Positions 55,273-64,000 of a DNA stretch of 64,000 bases are shown one piece after another. The position numbers and the translations under genes were made by a program. The notes below the pieces were generated by a model, which saw only the letters and a program-made list of their open reading frames with translations, was not told the origin of the DNA and did not search any database. This DNA comes from Chlamydiota bacterium. Its GTDB lineage: Bacteria; Chlamydiota; Chlamydiia; Chlamydiales; SM23-39. The stretch's first letter is position 1. The number at the start of each line of letters is the position of its first letter. Where the stretch lies: NCBI GenBank assembly GCA_048498835.1, contig JBEHXF010000003.1, forward strand, positions 516 to 64,515. The letters are read 5' to 3'.

Positions 55273-56094
55273 ATGTCAATTAACGCGCTTATAAATAGAT
55301 TAGCTGGTTGGTGCCCTTTTTCCACAGAACCTACCATTCTTCATGATGGCTCAAAAATGGAAGGAAATTTCCAACAAGGAACTGGTGAAGGAACTAGAAC
55401 TTTTAGAGATGGAGAAATCTGGAGTGGCCGTTTTGCTAACTGGGAGCTAGAAGGACAAGGATTCATTATACAAGCAGATGGAAGTGTTTTAGATGGAATT
55501 TTTGCAAATTCTATGCTCACCAGAGGAAAAATCACTTGCACGAATGGAATGATTTTAGAAGGAGAGTTTCTGGAAAATATTTTACATGGAAGAGGAAAGA
55601 TAACGTTCCTCAATGGAACTATTCACGAAGGAAACTTTAACCAGGGAATATTAACTGGAGCCGGGAAAATCACCGAGCCTCATTTTGGAATTCAAGAAGG
55701 CGAATTCTCCGAGAATCTATTGAGACTACAGGGAAAAATGACGGTGCAACAGACTGGAAGAGTCTATGAAGGATGTCTCGTTGATTATAAATTACAAGGT
55801 TGGGGGAAAATAACCGATCGGGATGGAGATATCCGAGAAGGATTTTTTATAGATTCTCATCTAACTAGGGGGAAAATTACTCTAGCAAATCGAACTATTT
55901 ATGAAGGAGAGTTTCTACAAGATACTCTGAATGGATTTGGTAAAATCAAATATCCTGATGGGAGCCTTTACGAAGGAACCTTTATACATGGAAATTTAAA
56001 TGGCTGGGGAAAAATCACTTTTGCCGATGGCACGATTAATGAAGGCAATTTTATTGAGGGTGTACTCCAAAAAAAAGCTACCAAGAGCGGATAA
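55273..56094 (+). CDS. MORN-repeat protein
   Basis: About nine units of (Y/L/I/H)EG.F..(N/G/D).L.G.GKIT..(D/N)G. Confidence 0.85.
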   Translation: MSINALINRLAGWCPFSTEPTILHDGSKMEGNFQQGTGEGTRTFRDGEIWSGRFANWELEGQGFIIQADGSVLDGIFANSMLTRGKITCTNGMILEGEFLENILHGRGKITFLNGTIHEGNFNQGILTGAGKITEPHFGIQEGEFSENLLRLQGKMTVQQTGRVYEGCLVDYKLQGWGKITDRDGDIREGFFIDSHLTRGKITLANRTIYEGEFLQDTLNGFGKIKYPDGSLYEGTFIHGNLNGWGKITFADGTINEGNFIEGVLQKKATKSG

Positions 56095-56203
56095 GTCAAA
56101 AGATTCGCGCTAATTCTGACGAGTCAATTAGCACTCCTATCTAAAGACACTCTTTCCAAATTCAACTGTTTTTTATATGATCTTTATAAAATGAGAGAGT
56201 CAG

Positions 56204-57133
56204 ATGTCTTCACCGATAGCAAATCAAACCCTATATTCAAATCAGTATGGATATTATTCTAACGATGATACTTCATCTGAACATTCAGAAGTTGAGTTAG
56301 AAACAAATGGTGTCTCAACATTCGAAGGCAATCTTGCAGACGGAATAGGAATGGGTATTCGCAAATTTTGCGATGGAACGGTCTGGGCCGGTCTATTTTC
56401 TGGATACTATTTAGAAGGACACGGAAGAATTCAGCTTCCCGATGAAACTGAATATCATGGAAACTTTCATGAATCCAAACTCTGTGGGCAAGGGAAAATC
56501 ATCTTTCCAAACGGAGATATCATGGAAGGGACCTTCAAAAACAACTTACTTCATGGTCAGGGAATATATAAGCAAAAAAGTGGAGCGGTTTATGAAGGTC
56601 AATTTAAATTTGGCCTTTTACATGGTCAGGGGAAAATGATCATTCCCGGAATAGGAGTAGCCCGAGGAGAATTTAAAGAGAATGAATTGCATGGCAACGG
56701 AACCTTTACCCTCCCAAATAGAACGATCATATCCGGTTTTTTTAGAAAATCTCAGCTCTTTGGACAAGGTCAAATTCACTATCCAGACGGACAATACAAA
56801 CAGGGTAATTTTATGAACAATTTGCTCGAGGGCTACGGAGAAATCGGGAATCAAAAAGGAGATAAATTTTGTGGCTACTTTATGCGAGATCGACTGAATT
56901 ACGGAAAAGTTACATTCTGTGATGGAGTCATATGGGAAGGCATCTTTCGTGAAGGCAAGCTCTATGGTGAAGGTAAAATGTTTTATCCGGCTGGCTTGAA
57001 ATACGACAAAGCGGCCACTTTCGAAGGTTATTTTATCGACGGTCTTTTAAGTGGACAGGGCAAAATTATCGTTGGCAATCAGATACAATCAGAAGGGTGT
57101 TTTTTGATGGGAAAGTTGCTTTTTGAAATTTAA
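56204..57133 (+). CDS. MORN-repeat protein
   Basis: Repeated (Y/M)EG.F...LHGQGK...P.G units. Confidence 0.85.
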   Translation: MSSPIANQTLYSNQYGYYSNDDTSSEHSEVELETNGVSTFEGNLADGIGMGIRKFCDGTVWAGLFSGYYLEGHGRIQLPDETEYHGNFHESKLCGQGKIIFPNGDIMEGTFKNNLLHGQGIYKQKSGAVYEGQFKFGLLHGQGKMIIPGIGVARGEFKENELHGNGTFTLPNRTIISGFFRKSQLFGQGQIHYPDGQYKQGNFMNNLLEGYGEIGNQKGDKFCGYFMRDRLNYGKVTFCDGVIWEGIFREGKLYGEGKMFYPAGLKYDKAATFEGYFIDGLLSGQGKIIVGNQIQSEGCFLMGKLLFEI

Positions 57134-57156
57134 CCTTATCTCAAGTATGCTATCAA

Positions 57157-58692
57157 ATGAGTATGACTAAAAAGACGCTTTCTCCTTATACGCAACTTGC
57201 AGAGAAATCAAAATCGATTCATCTGTATAACTCCATCTTGATGCTGTTGCATTGGGACCAAGAGACCTACATGCCTCCCGGTGCAATCGGACCTAGGAGC
57301 GAACAGATCGCTCAGCTCTCCCATCTGGTCCATGAAGAGCGATCTTCTAAAGCTTTTAAAGCGCTTCTCGAAAAACTCGTCCATATGGGCAATGGAAACC
57401 TAAAAGTAAAACATCTGAGCAAAGCGCAGCAAGCCGCCGTACGCGAATGGCGCAAAGAATACATCCGCGCGACAAAACTCCCGGCTACCTTTGTAAAGAA
57501 CTTTTCTCAAGTCACCTCTGAGGCAAGTCAAATTTGGGCGACAGCGAAAAAAGAGAATAACTTTAAACTCTTTGCTCCCTTTTTAAGCAAAATCATCGAG
57601 CTCAATCGAGAAAAGGCTGAAATTTACGGTTTCGAAGAACATCCCTACGATGCTCTCCTCGAAGCGTACGAACCTTGCATGACCTCTTCGAGAATCTCTC
57701 ATCTATTCAATGGTCTACAACAAGAGCTCACTCAACTCTTAAAAAAGATCTCGGCAGCAAAACAAATTGATGCTCGTTTTTTACAAAAAACAGTGAGTGA
57801 AGCAAAACAAAAAGAGATCGGAGAATTTTTCTCGCAGATGATGCCCGTCGACACAGGCTATACGCGTCTCGATCTCTCTTCACATCCTTTTTCGATGGCA
57901 ATGCACCCGAAAGACAGCCGTATCACGACACGAATTCTGCCGAAAGCTTTTGTAAGCAATATTTTCTCTGTGCTTCATGAGGCTGGCCATTCGATGTATG
58001 AAATGGGACTACCTGCAGATACCTGGGGCACTCCCCTCAGCGAAGCAACCTCGCTCAGCGTTCATGAAAGCCAATCGCGCTGGTGGGAAACGCTCATCGG
58101 CCGAAATCTCCCTTTCTGGAAACACGCTTATCCGCTCTTACAAAAAAAATTACCCCAAGTTCTCGGCAAGGTATCACTCGATCGTTTCTACCGCGCCATC
58201 AATCGAGTCTCTCCCTCTTTCATTCGCGTTGAAGCAGATGAAGTGACTTACTGCCTCCATGTGATCCTCCGCTTTGAAATCGAAAAACAACTGATCGAAG
58301 GAACTCTTTCCGTTGCAGATCTTCCTGACGCTTGGAATGAGCGGTTTAAAGAGCTTTTTGGCTTAACACCTCCAACTCACGCCCAAGGATGCCTACAAGA
58401 CATTCACTGGTCGCTTGGCGATTTTGGCTACTTCCCGACCTACGCCCTTGGCAATCTCCTCGCTGCGCAATTTTTCGGCGCTTTTTCAAAAGAGCATCCC
58501 GATTGGGCTGATCAAGTAGCCAAGGGAGAACTCAGCTTCATCCGTGAATGGTTGAAAGAGAATATCCACCGATACGGCAAGCAATACAATACCGATGAGT
58601 TTGCTAAAAGAGTAACCGGCAAGCCGTTATCAGAAGCCGCCTACTGTCATTATTTGAAAAAGAAATATAGCGAAATCTACAACCTAGATTAG
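57157..58692 (+). CDS. Carboxypeptidase Taq-type (M32) metallopeptidase
   Basis: HEAGHSMYE (HExxH), HESQSRWWE, IRVEADEVTY. Confidence 0.9.
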   Translation: MSMTKKTLSPYTQLAEKSKSIHLYNSILMLLHWDQETYMPPGAIGPRSEQIAQLSHLVHEERSSKAFKALLEKLVHMGNGNLKVKHLSKAQQAAVREWRKEYIRATKLPATFVKNFSQVTSEASQIWATAKKENNFKLFAPFLSKIIELNREKAEIYGFEEHPYDALLEAYEPCMTSSRISHLFNGLQQELTQLLKKISAAKQIDARFLQKTVSEAKQKEIGEFFSQMMPVDTGYTRLDLSSHPFSMAMHPKDSRITTRILPKAFVSNIFSVLHEAGHSMYEMGLPADTWGTPLSEATSLSVHESQSRWWETLIGRNLPFWKHAYPLLQKKLPQVLGKVSLDRFYRAINRVSPSFIRVEADEVTYCLHVILRFEIEKQLIEGTLSVADLPDAWNERFKELFGLTPPTHAQGCLQDIHWSLGDFGYFPTYALGNLLAAQFFGAFSKEHPDWADQVAKGELSFIREWLKENIHRYGKQYNTDEFAKRVTGKPLSEAAYCHYLKKKYSEIYNLD

Positions 58693-58714
58693 AGAAGGCA
58701 GATTTCAAGCCCTT

Positions 58715-59185
58715 CTACTTATGTTTGAGGCGAAAGCCTCTGCGACGCTCAGCATCTTCAAAGCGTTTGATCTGAATTTCAGTTTCAGGAATGACCGGCA
58801 CAATTTCGACCGGCTTATGGTCATCATCGACAGCAACAAAAGTGAAATAGGCCGATAATATCTCTTTTTGCTCGAGCGTTCGGAAATCTTCTGCGACCAC
58901 TTTTACGCCCACTTCCATGGAAGTGCGCCAAGCCTTGTTCACGGAGGCCATGCAAACTAAGATGTCGCCCCGACGAGCCGGATTGAGAAAGCGAACTGAA
59001 TCAATTCCGAGTGTGACGCAAACTCGACCCGAGTGACGTTTAGCTACGATGGAAGCGAGAGTATCCACAATTTCCATCACACGACCACCAAAAAGGGTGC
59101 CATGCGGATTCAAATCGTTTGGAAATACCTCAACGACTTGATCAACAATTGCAGATGCAGATACTGGCTTTCCATCTTCGCTCAT
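58715..59185 (-). CDS. Acyl-CoA thioesterase (hotdog fold, YciA-like)
   Basis: NPHGTLFGGRVMEIVD, ..CVTLGIDSVRFLNPARRGD. Confidence 0.85.
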   Translation of the reverse strand: MSEDGKPVSASAIVDQVVEVFPNDLNPHGTLFGGRVMEIVDTLASIVAKRHSGRVCVTLGIDSVRFLNPARRGDILVCMASVNKAWRTSMEVGVKVVAEDFRTLEQKEILSAYFTFVAVDDDHKPVEIVPVIPETEIQIKRFEDAERRRGFRLKHK

Positions 59186-59240
59186 AATTCTTGAAATAAC
59201 AAACGTTAAATAAAAAGGCTAGGAAATTATTAATTAGAAA

Positions 59241-59498
59241 TTAGACAAATGCATATCCACGACCATCAGAAATATCGATCGTAAATTCTATTTTCTCATT
59301 TTTTAGAATAACTTTAGAAACGTTAGCATCCTTATAAAAAATTTTCATCGCATGTCGAGCGACTTCTTCAATCTTGGAATTGCGCATCTCTATCGGTGAA
59401 ACAATGTTCAATCGAGCAGAATGAAATCCAATTGGAATCGTCAACCCATAACGAAAAGTAGGGGACGGTTGTTGATAGCGTTGCAGAGAATTGAGCAT
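59241..59498 (-). CDS. Hypothetical small protein
   Basis: 85-aa ORF downstream of the rpsI terminator. No motif recognised. Confidence 0.4.
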   Translation of the reverse strand: MLNSLQRYQQPSPTFRYGLTIPIGFHSARLNIVSPIEMRNSKIEEVARHAMKIFYKDANVSKVILKNEKIEFTIDISDGRGYAFV

Positions 59499-59501
59499 AA
59501 G

Positions 59502-59530
59502 AAAAAGGGCTTCTTGGTGGAAAGAAGCCC
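59502..59530 (-). terminator. Rho-independent terminator of rplM-rpsI operon
   Basis: On the minus strand, gggcttctt-tccacc-aagaagccc is followed by ttttt. Confidence 0.8.
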
Positions 59531-59539
59531 TGAATAAGA

Positions 59540-59929
59540 TTAACGTTTAGAGAACTGGAAGCGTTTACGTGCGCCCTTACGGCCGTACTTCTTACGCTCT
59601 TTCTTGCGAGGATCGCGAGTCAGATAACCGAGTTCTTTCAAATCACCGCGAATTTCTTCATTGTTGGTGACCAACGCGCGAGAGATGCCGAGGCGTGTCG
59701 CCACAGCTTGAGCTTCAATTCCGCCACCTTTTACGCGGATGATGAGGTCGTACTTCTCTGGGTTGTCGAATTTACGGAGCGGAGCGAGAATGGTCTCGCG
59801 CTGCAATTCGAGTGGAAAATGTTGTTCGAACGAGCGACCGTTCACATCGACAATCCCCGTGCCTCTGCGCATGCGGACTGAGGATACGGCAGATTTTCTG
59901 CGGCCAATTCCAATTGTTTCATCTGACAT
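59540..59929 (-). CDS. rpsI: 30S ribosomal protein S9
   Basis: [12 protein letters not shown]..., C-terminus ..[13 protein letters not shown]. Confidence 0.95.
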   Translation of the reverse strand: MSDETIGIGRRKSAVSSVRMRRGTGIVDVNGRSFEQHFPLELQRETILAPLRKFDNPEKYDLIIRVKGGGIEAQAVATRLGISRALVTNNEEIRGDLKELGYLTRDPRKKERKKYGRKGARKRFQFSKR

Positions 59930-59941
59930 GAGAGATTTCCT

Positions 59942-60388
59942 TTAGATATTCACAGGAGTGGGGTTTTGTGCTTGCATATCATGCTCGCCGCCCGCGAAAA
60001 TGCGGAGCTTTTTCACTTGTTGACCGCCGAGGCGAGTCTTTGGCATCATACCTTGGATGGCTCGCTCGAGGATGTATTCAGGCTTACGAGCCATCATGAT
60101 CGAGTAAGGCACTTCCCGGAGTCCGCCGACGTGGCCGGTATAGCTGCGGTAGATTTTGCGGGCTTCTTTCATGCCGGTGACCATAATCTTCTCAGCGTTG
60201 ATGATGACGACGCCATCGCCGCAGTCAACGTAAGGAGTGAAGTCAGGGCGGTGTTTGCCGCGCAGGATTTTAGCGACCTCGGAAGCGAAACGTCCGAGCG
60301 TCTTGCCAGACGCATCGAAAAGGTACCACTTGCGCGAATCGATCGCTTCTTTTTTGGTCAATAAAGGGGTCTGCTGTTTGCGATTCAT
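59942..60388 (-). CDS. rplM: 50S ribosomal protein L13
   Basis: Start at MNRKQQT. RKWYLFDASGKTLGRFASEVAKILRGKH. The ORF-track extension to 60439 is unlikely. Confidence 0.95.
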   Translation of the reverse strand: MNRKQQTPLLTKKEAIDSRKWYLFDASGKTLGRFASEVAKILRGKHRPDFTPYVDCGDGVVIINAEKIMVTGMKEARKIYRSYTGHVGGLREVPYSIMMARKPEYILERAIQGMMPKTRLGGQQVKKLRIFAGGEHDMQAQNPTPVNI

Positions 60389-60527
60389 GAATCGTATCCT
60401 AATATCAAAAAAACTGAAGTGATCAGCATATCTCGCCACCCTATTTTATTCCAACATATTTTGAGCTCTTGCAGCTAGATCGCCCCTTATGGTATTCTAA
60501 ATAGTTCAATTAAAATTTACCTTTTCT

Positions 60528-61874
60528 ATGCGACAACTCAATACATACTTCATCAGAACTTACGGCTGCCAGATGAATGAACTCGATACCGAGATCATGG
60601 CCGGCCAACTGCAAAAAAGAAATTTGACTCCCGCGCCGGATGAAGAGTCAGCTGACCTGCTGATCTTTAATACCTGCTCGATCCGCGATCTCGCTGAGCG
60701 TAAAGTCATGGGCAAACTAGGCCAGTTAGGCCGCTCGGGGAAGCAAAATGCCATCATCGGCGTTACCGGCTGTATGGCGATGGCCAAAAAAGACTCCCTG
60801 TTTCGCAAGTTCCCCCACCTCGACTTCGTAGTCGGCACCAATAACATCACCGACCTGGGCAACGTCTTAGATGAGGTCCTTTACACCAACCGCCAAGTCT
60901 ATAAAACAGATGAGCGCTTCGAAGAGAACCTCGACTATCTAGTCGCAAAGCGGGACAACAAAATCAAGGCCCACGTCTCGATCATTCGCGGATGTGACAA
61001 ATTCTGTACCTATTGCGTCGTCCCCTACACCCGCGGCCAAGAGGTCTCTCGCCCCCCCGCCAGCATCGTCGAAGAATGCCGCCTGCTCGTCGATCAAGGC
61101 TACAAAGAAATTACTTTACTCGGGCAAAACGTCAATAGCTACGGCAAAGACCAAGCCTCTTGGAACTGCCTGTTCCACGACCTCCTCTATCAACTCGACG
61201 CCATTCCCGGTATGGAGCGGATCCGCTTCATGACCTCGCACCCCATCGACATCTCCGTCGAGCTGATGCAGGCAATTCGCGACCTCCCCTCTCTCTGTGA
61301 ATTCGTCCATTTCCCCATTCAAGCCGGATCGAGCCGCATCCTCAAAAAAATGCACCGCATCTACACGAAAGAGCAGTACTTTGAAAAAGTTGCCCTCCTT
61401 CGCCAGATCGTTCCCAACGTCTCCCTCGGCACCGATATCATCGTCGGCTTCCCAACCGAAACCGATGCAGAATTCCAAGAAACATACGATGTGCTCGAGC
61501 AACTTCGCTTCTCTGTGGCTTTTCTCTACTCTTACAGCCCGCGTAAAGGAACCCCCGCAATGCGCTGGAAAGACGACGTTCCCCCCGAAGTAAAAGAAGC
61601 CCGCCTCCAGCGTCTCATCGACCTCCAAGCTCGAATTGGCAACGAAGAGCGACAACAAATGCTCGGCCAAACCCTCGAAGTACTCGTCGAGCGCTACAAC
61701 AAAGACGGCCTGACGCTGAAAGGGCGCACCCGTTGCTGGAAAAAAGTGATCTTCCCTGGCGACGCCTCTCTCATTGGCACCCTACAACAAGTCAAAGTGC
61801 ACAGCTACAGCCACCAAACGCTCGTCGGCGAGCTCGTCAAACCCTCAGAAGCACTCCGCCTCCAAGTCATCTAA
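60528..61874 (+). CDS. miaB: tRNA-2-methylthio-N6-dimethylallyladenosine synthase (radical SAM)
   Basis: TYGCQMNE, CDKFCTYCVVPYTRG, C-terminal TRAM domain. Confidence 0.9.
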   Translation: MRQLNTYFIRTYGCQMNELDTEIMAGQLQKRNLTPAPDEESADLLIFNTCSIRDLAERKVMGKLGQLGRSGKQNAIIGVTGCMAMAKKDSLFRKFPHLDFVVGTNNITDLGNVLDEVLYTNRQVYKTDERFEENLDYLVAKRDNKIKAHVSIIRGCDKFCTYCVVPYTRGQEVSRPPASIVEECRLLVDQGYKEITLLGQNVNSYGKDQASWNCLFHDLLYQLDAIPGMERIRFMTSHPIDISVELMQAIRDLPSLCEFVHFPIQAGSSRILKKMHRIYTKEQYFEKVALLRQIVPNVSLGTDIIVGFPTETDAEFQETYDVLEQLRFSVAFLYSYSPRKGTPAMRWKDDVPPEVKEARLQRLIDLQARIGNEERQQMLGQTLEVLVERYNKDGLTLKGRTRCWKKVIFPGDASLIGTLQQVKVHSYSHQTLVGELVKPSEALRLQVI

Positions 61875-61886
61875 CAGGAAAAACCC

Positions 61887-62423
61887 ATGGCCTCTCTTAC
61901 CGTTCTCAACGATTTCCACCGTTCTGTCCATGACGACAAAAAACGCAACGAACGTTTTCAAACAAAAATCGACAACATCACTCCCCAGTATTTCGGCATG
62001 CCAGGTCCAATAAACGACCATCCCCACAAGCTCTTTTCTCCGATCCAAACCACTGACGGATCTTGGCAAGTACAAGGCCAAGGCGTTCTTCAAAACAGAG
62101 TCCAACTAATCAAGGCACCCCACGTTGTCTCCGCTCCAGACGGAAGCGTTGTACCCGTTAAACTGCGCGATGGTTCTGAGATGATGCTCGTTATTGCTCG
62201 TCGGGTAGATAGCAAATCGCTAGGAATTTTTTCACCCGTTGAAATTTGGAGATCCCTGAGCGAAATAGATCGGTTTGGTCTGCTTCAAACCACCTCTTAC
62301 AATTCAGGAGAACAATTCGACTATTCTCTTCACGGTTTTGAAGCTTATCAAGGAAAATTTTGGATTAAACCAAACGATTCCGAATCAATTAAAATGGCAA
62401 ATAATCATATTTTTAATAATTGA
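61887..62423 (+). CDS. Hypothetical protein
   Basis: 178-aa ORF starting 13 nt after miaB. No motif recognised. Confidence 0.5.
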   Translation: MASLTVLNDFHRSVHDDKKRNERFQTKIDNITPQYFGMPGPINDHPHKLFSPIQTTDGSWQVQGQGVLQNRVQLIKAPHVVSAPDGSVVPVKLRDGSEMMLVIARRVDSKSLGIFSPVEIWRSLSEIDRFGLLQTTSYNSGEQFDYSLHGFEAYQGKFWIKPNDSESIKMANNHIFNN

Positions 62424-62457
62424 GATCTATTGAAATTTAAACTATACTAGTGGGCTT

Positions 62458-63297
62458 ATGACTCACTGGATGGACTTGCCTCTACGTTCGATCGGACGGC
62501 TCGCTTGGAGCCGCTCTATCCTGACGCCTCACCCAAGAGCCGTTCAAACCCGCAACGCCATCAGTTTCGCCGCTTTTATCCAGTCCCTAAAAGATCGCCT
62601 CTCTGAAACCATCGCCCGCCCTGTCCCATTAGATACCTCCCGGCCTCGCCTCACTCCGCCAAAACCACCCCGCATAGGCTCCTTCCAGCCGCCCCGCTAC
62701 TTCTTTAAAGGGCCTATTGAATCCGATCGAAAGAAAAACCCAGAACCGATCCGTTATCTCCTCACTGAATCCCTCGAGCTGCCTACTGCCCGTCCCGTCC
62801 CCAATAATTCACTCCTACTCCGGAGCTTATGCCGGGGCAAAGGGCGCCTTTGTCAAAATCAGGAAGGATTGATCTATCTCGATGTCGACAATAAGTTTAT
62901 CTCTGCGATGATGCCCTACCTTCGCCTGCAAGGATTAATCCAGCCCCCTTATGCCAATTACTTCGGCCCCTCTGTTGGCGCCCATATCCCTGTCATTCCC
63001 AAAAGAGAAGCAGACTTTCATTATCTCTCCTCGGTCAAAGAGATCGGCCGTGAATTTTCCTTCGAAATCGAAGGACTCTATTCACTCCAACCCGACAGCT
63101 GGCCGCAGGTTGAAGAAGTTTGGTTTTTTAAAATTCGCTCACCGGAACTCGAAATCCTACGTCAACGACACCAGCTCATCGCCCGTCCCCTAGGCCACAG
63201 CTTCCACATCACCGTTGCTGTCCAACCCCGCAACGCAAAAGATAAGCCCCGCCCCTCGCCTCTCATGCGCATCAACCCCGCCTTCCTCGCCGCTTAG
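62458..63297 (+). CDS. Hypothetical protein (weak 2H-phosphoesterase-like HxT pattern)
   Basis: Pro-rich N-terminal half. GAHIPVIP and SFHITVAV lie about 80 aa apart. Confidence 0.5.
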   Translation: MTHWMDLPLRSIGRLAWSRSILTPHPRAVQTRNAISFAAFIQSLKDRLSETIARPVPLDTSRPRLTPPKPPRIGSFQPPRYFFKGPIESDRKKNPEPIRYLLTESLELPTARPVPNNSLLLRSLCRGKGRLCQNQEGLIYLDVDNKFISAMMPYLRLQGLIQPPYANYFGPSVGAHIPVIPKREADFHYLSSVKEIGREFSFEIEGLYSLQPDSWPQVEEVWFFKIRSPELEILRQRHQLIARPLGHSFHITVAVQPRNAKDKPRPSPLMRINPAFLAA

Positions 63298-63331
63298 AAA
63301 GTATTTCAGAAAACATATTCGATTCAGGTTG

Positions 63332-63489
63332 GAGAGAGGATAAACGAGAAAAATATCAGCTAGAGAGAGCGCGAAACGCGCTGGCAGAGAACGCAGAGGC
63401 GCAGAGAAAAAAAGAAATGATCCTCTTTTCAGTTACACTCTGCGTCTCAGCGCCTCTGCTTTTCCTCTGCGCTGATATTTTCTATCTCT
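63332..63489. other. Long imperfect inverted repeat with nested hairpin (terminator or structured RNA)
   Basis: gaaaaatatcagc / gctgatattttc and gcagagaacgcagaggcgcagag / ctctgcg..gcgcctctgc..ctctgc. Nested hairpin agcgcg-aaa-cgcgct at 63368-82. Confidence 0.5.
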
Positions 63490-63564
63490 AATTATTTAAG
63501 AATGTTATACAGAGCACCCTCTTAATTCTTGATCAAATAGTTCCCATCGCCGATCCTATTCGGC

Positions 63565-64000
63565 ATGCAAATTACAGCGACTCATTCAACCTCCCTTCTT
63601 CCCCCACTTGAGATTTCTCCCGATCTCTCCACAAAAATCCAAAAAATCGCGCTGCCCATTCTTCTGGAGCTCACCGCTTCCCTTGCTATCGGCGCCATTT
63701 GCTCTACTTTTGTCGCTACACCCGCGGGAGCCACGCTGCTTGCAACCGGGATCGTCATTCAACTCATCGTCAATATCACCCTCCGTTTTTTTATCGATGA
63801 TCAAGACAACTGGATCACCCCCTCTGTCTTCGCTTTAGGAACTGCTTTCAATGCGCAAACCCTCATTCACGAAGCAGGTCACGCGCTCGCAATCCAATCG
63901 CTACTCCACAATTCAAAACCAACCATCACACTCCTCCCTTTTCAGAGCGGTCTGACCAAGTTTCGAGTCATTAGCCCAACCGACCTCGGAAAACAACTTG
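63565..64000 (+). CDS. Membrane protein with HExxH motif (partial, continues past right edge)
   Basis: Absent from ORF track because no stop lies in the window. Translation from the ATG: MQITATH...LLELTASLAIGAICSTFVATPAGATLLATGIVIQLIV (hydrophobic) ...LIHEAGHALAIQ. Confidence 0.55.
   Translation, partial: MQITATHSTSLLPPLEISPDLSTKIQKIALPILLELTASLAIGAICSTFVATPAGATLLATGIVIQLIVNITLRFFIDDQDNWITPSVFALGTAFNAQTLIHEAGHALAIQSLLHNSKPTITLLPFQSGLTKFRVISPTDLGKQL

Noticed and set aside
28712-62105. Many 60-200-aa ORFs antisense to, or out of frame within, housekeeping genes (metG, ffh, pnp, ftsH, tilS, miaB and others).
   Set aside because: Each lies wholly inside a gene with strong family motifs on the other strand or frame. 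This is typical of GC-richer coding sequence.

Overview
This 64-kb window comes from a Chlamydiae chromosome, probably an environmental, amoeba-associated lineage rather than Chlamydiaceae. Three things support that. The minus-strand block at 28.5-40 kb (metG, gmk, yicC, rnhB, rplS, trmD, rpsP, ffh, prmC, prfA, rpmE), with recD just upstream, matches the C. trachomatis gene order as I remember it. FtsH carries the long chlamydial N-terminal domain and sits beside tilS. The accessory genes are symbiont-typical (Pmp-like, F-box-like, MORN). All calls rest on reading the sequence and ORF translations; no searches were run. The housekeeping core covers recD2, the metG-to-rpmE block, tadA, rpsO-pnp, an unusual aspS-type gene, hsp20, ftsH, tilS, lptF/G-like genes, an M32 carboxypeptidase, a thioesterase, rpsI-rplM and miaB. 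It is interrupted by visibly AT-richer accessory modules. (1) 0-11 kb is an effector-like region. It holds an edge-truncated Gly-rich Pmp-like gene that the ORF track misses, an F-box-like protein, and a tandem 3.8-kb duplication. The duplication encodes secreted papain-family peptidases with 6 versus 7 Ig-like 93-aa modules and a C-terminal malectin-like domain. (2) 10.9-13.2 kb holds four short ORFs that resemble an orphan polymorphic-toxin tail plus immunity cassettes, next to a stand-alone rtcB. (3) 13.84-22.71 kb is an 8.8-kb integrative element in tRNA-Asn(GUU), bounded by a 51-bp direct repeat. It carries an integrase, an Xis-like HTH, a DUF3987-like helicase-like protein, a Toprim primase, an XRE regulator, hicAB, a PD-(D/E)xK-like protein and secreted proteins. 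(4) 25.0-28.5 kb, between recD and metG, is a scarred insertion zone with three copies of the recD 3' end, a metG 3' fragment and a duplicated 147-aa gene. (5) 45.6-48.4 kb is a head-to-tail array of five paralogous ~157-aa proteins of unknown family, downstream of hsp20 and ftsH. Other notable items are an archaeal-type AspRS fused to a YbaK-like editing domain and a pair of MORN-repeat genes. The window's right edge has unknown proteins, including an HExxH membrane protein cut by the edge. No CRISPR array, rRNA or transposase was seen.
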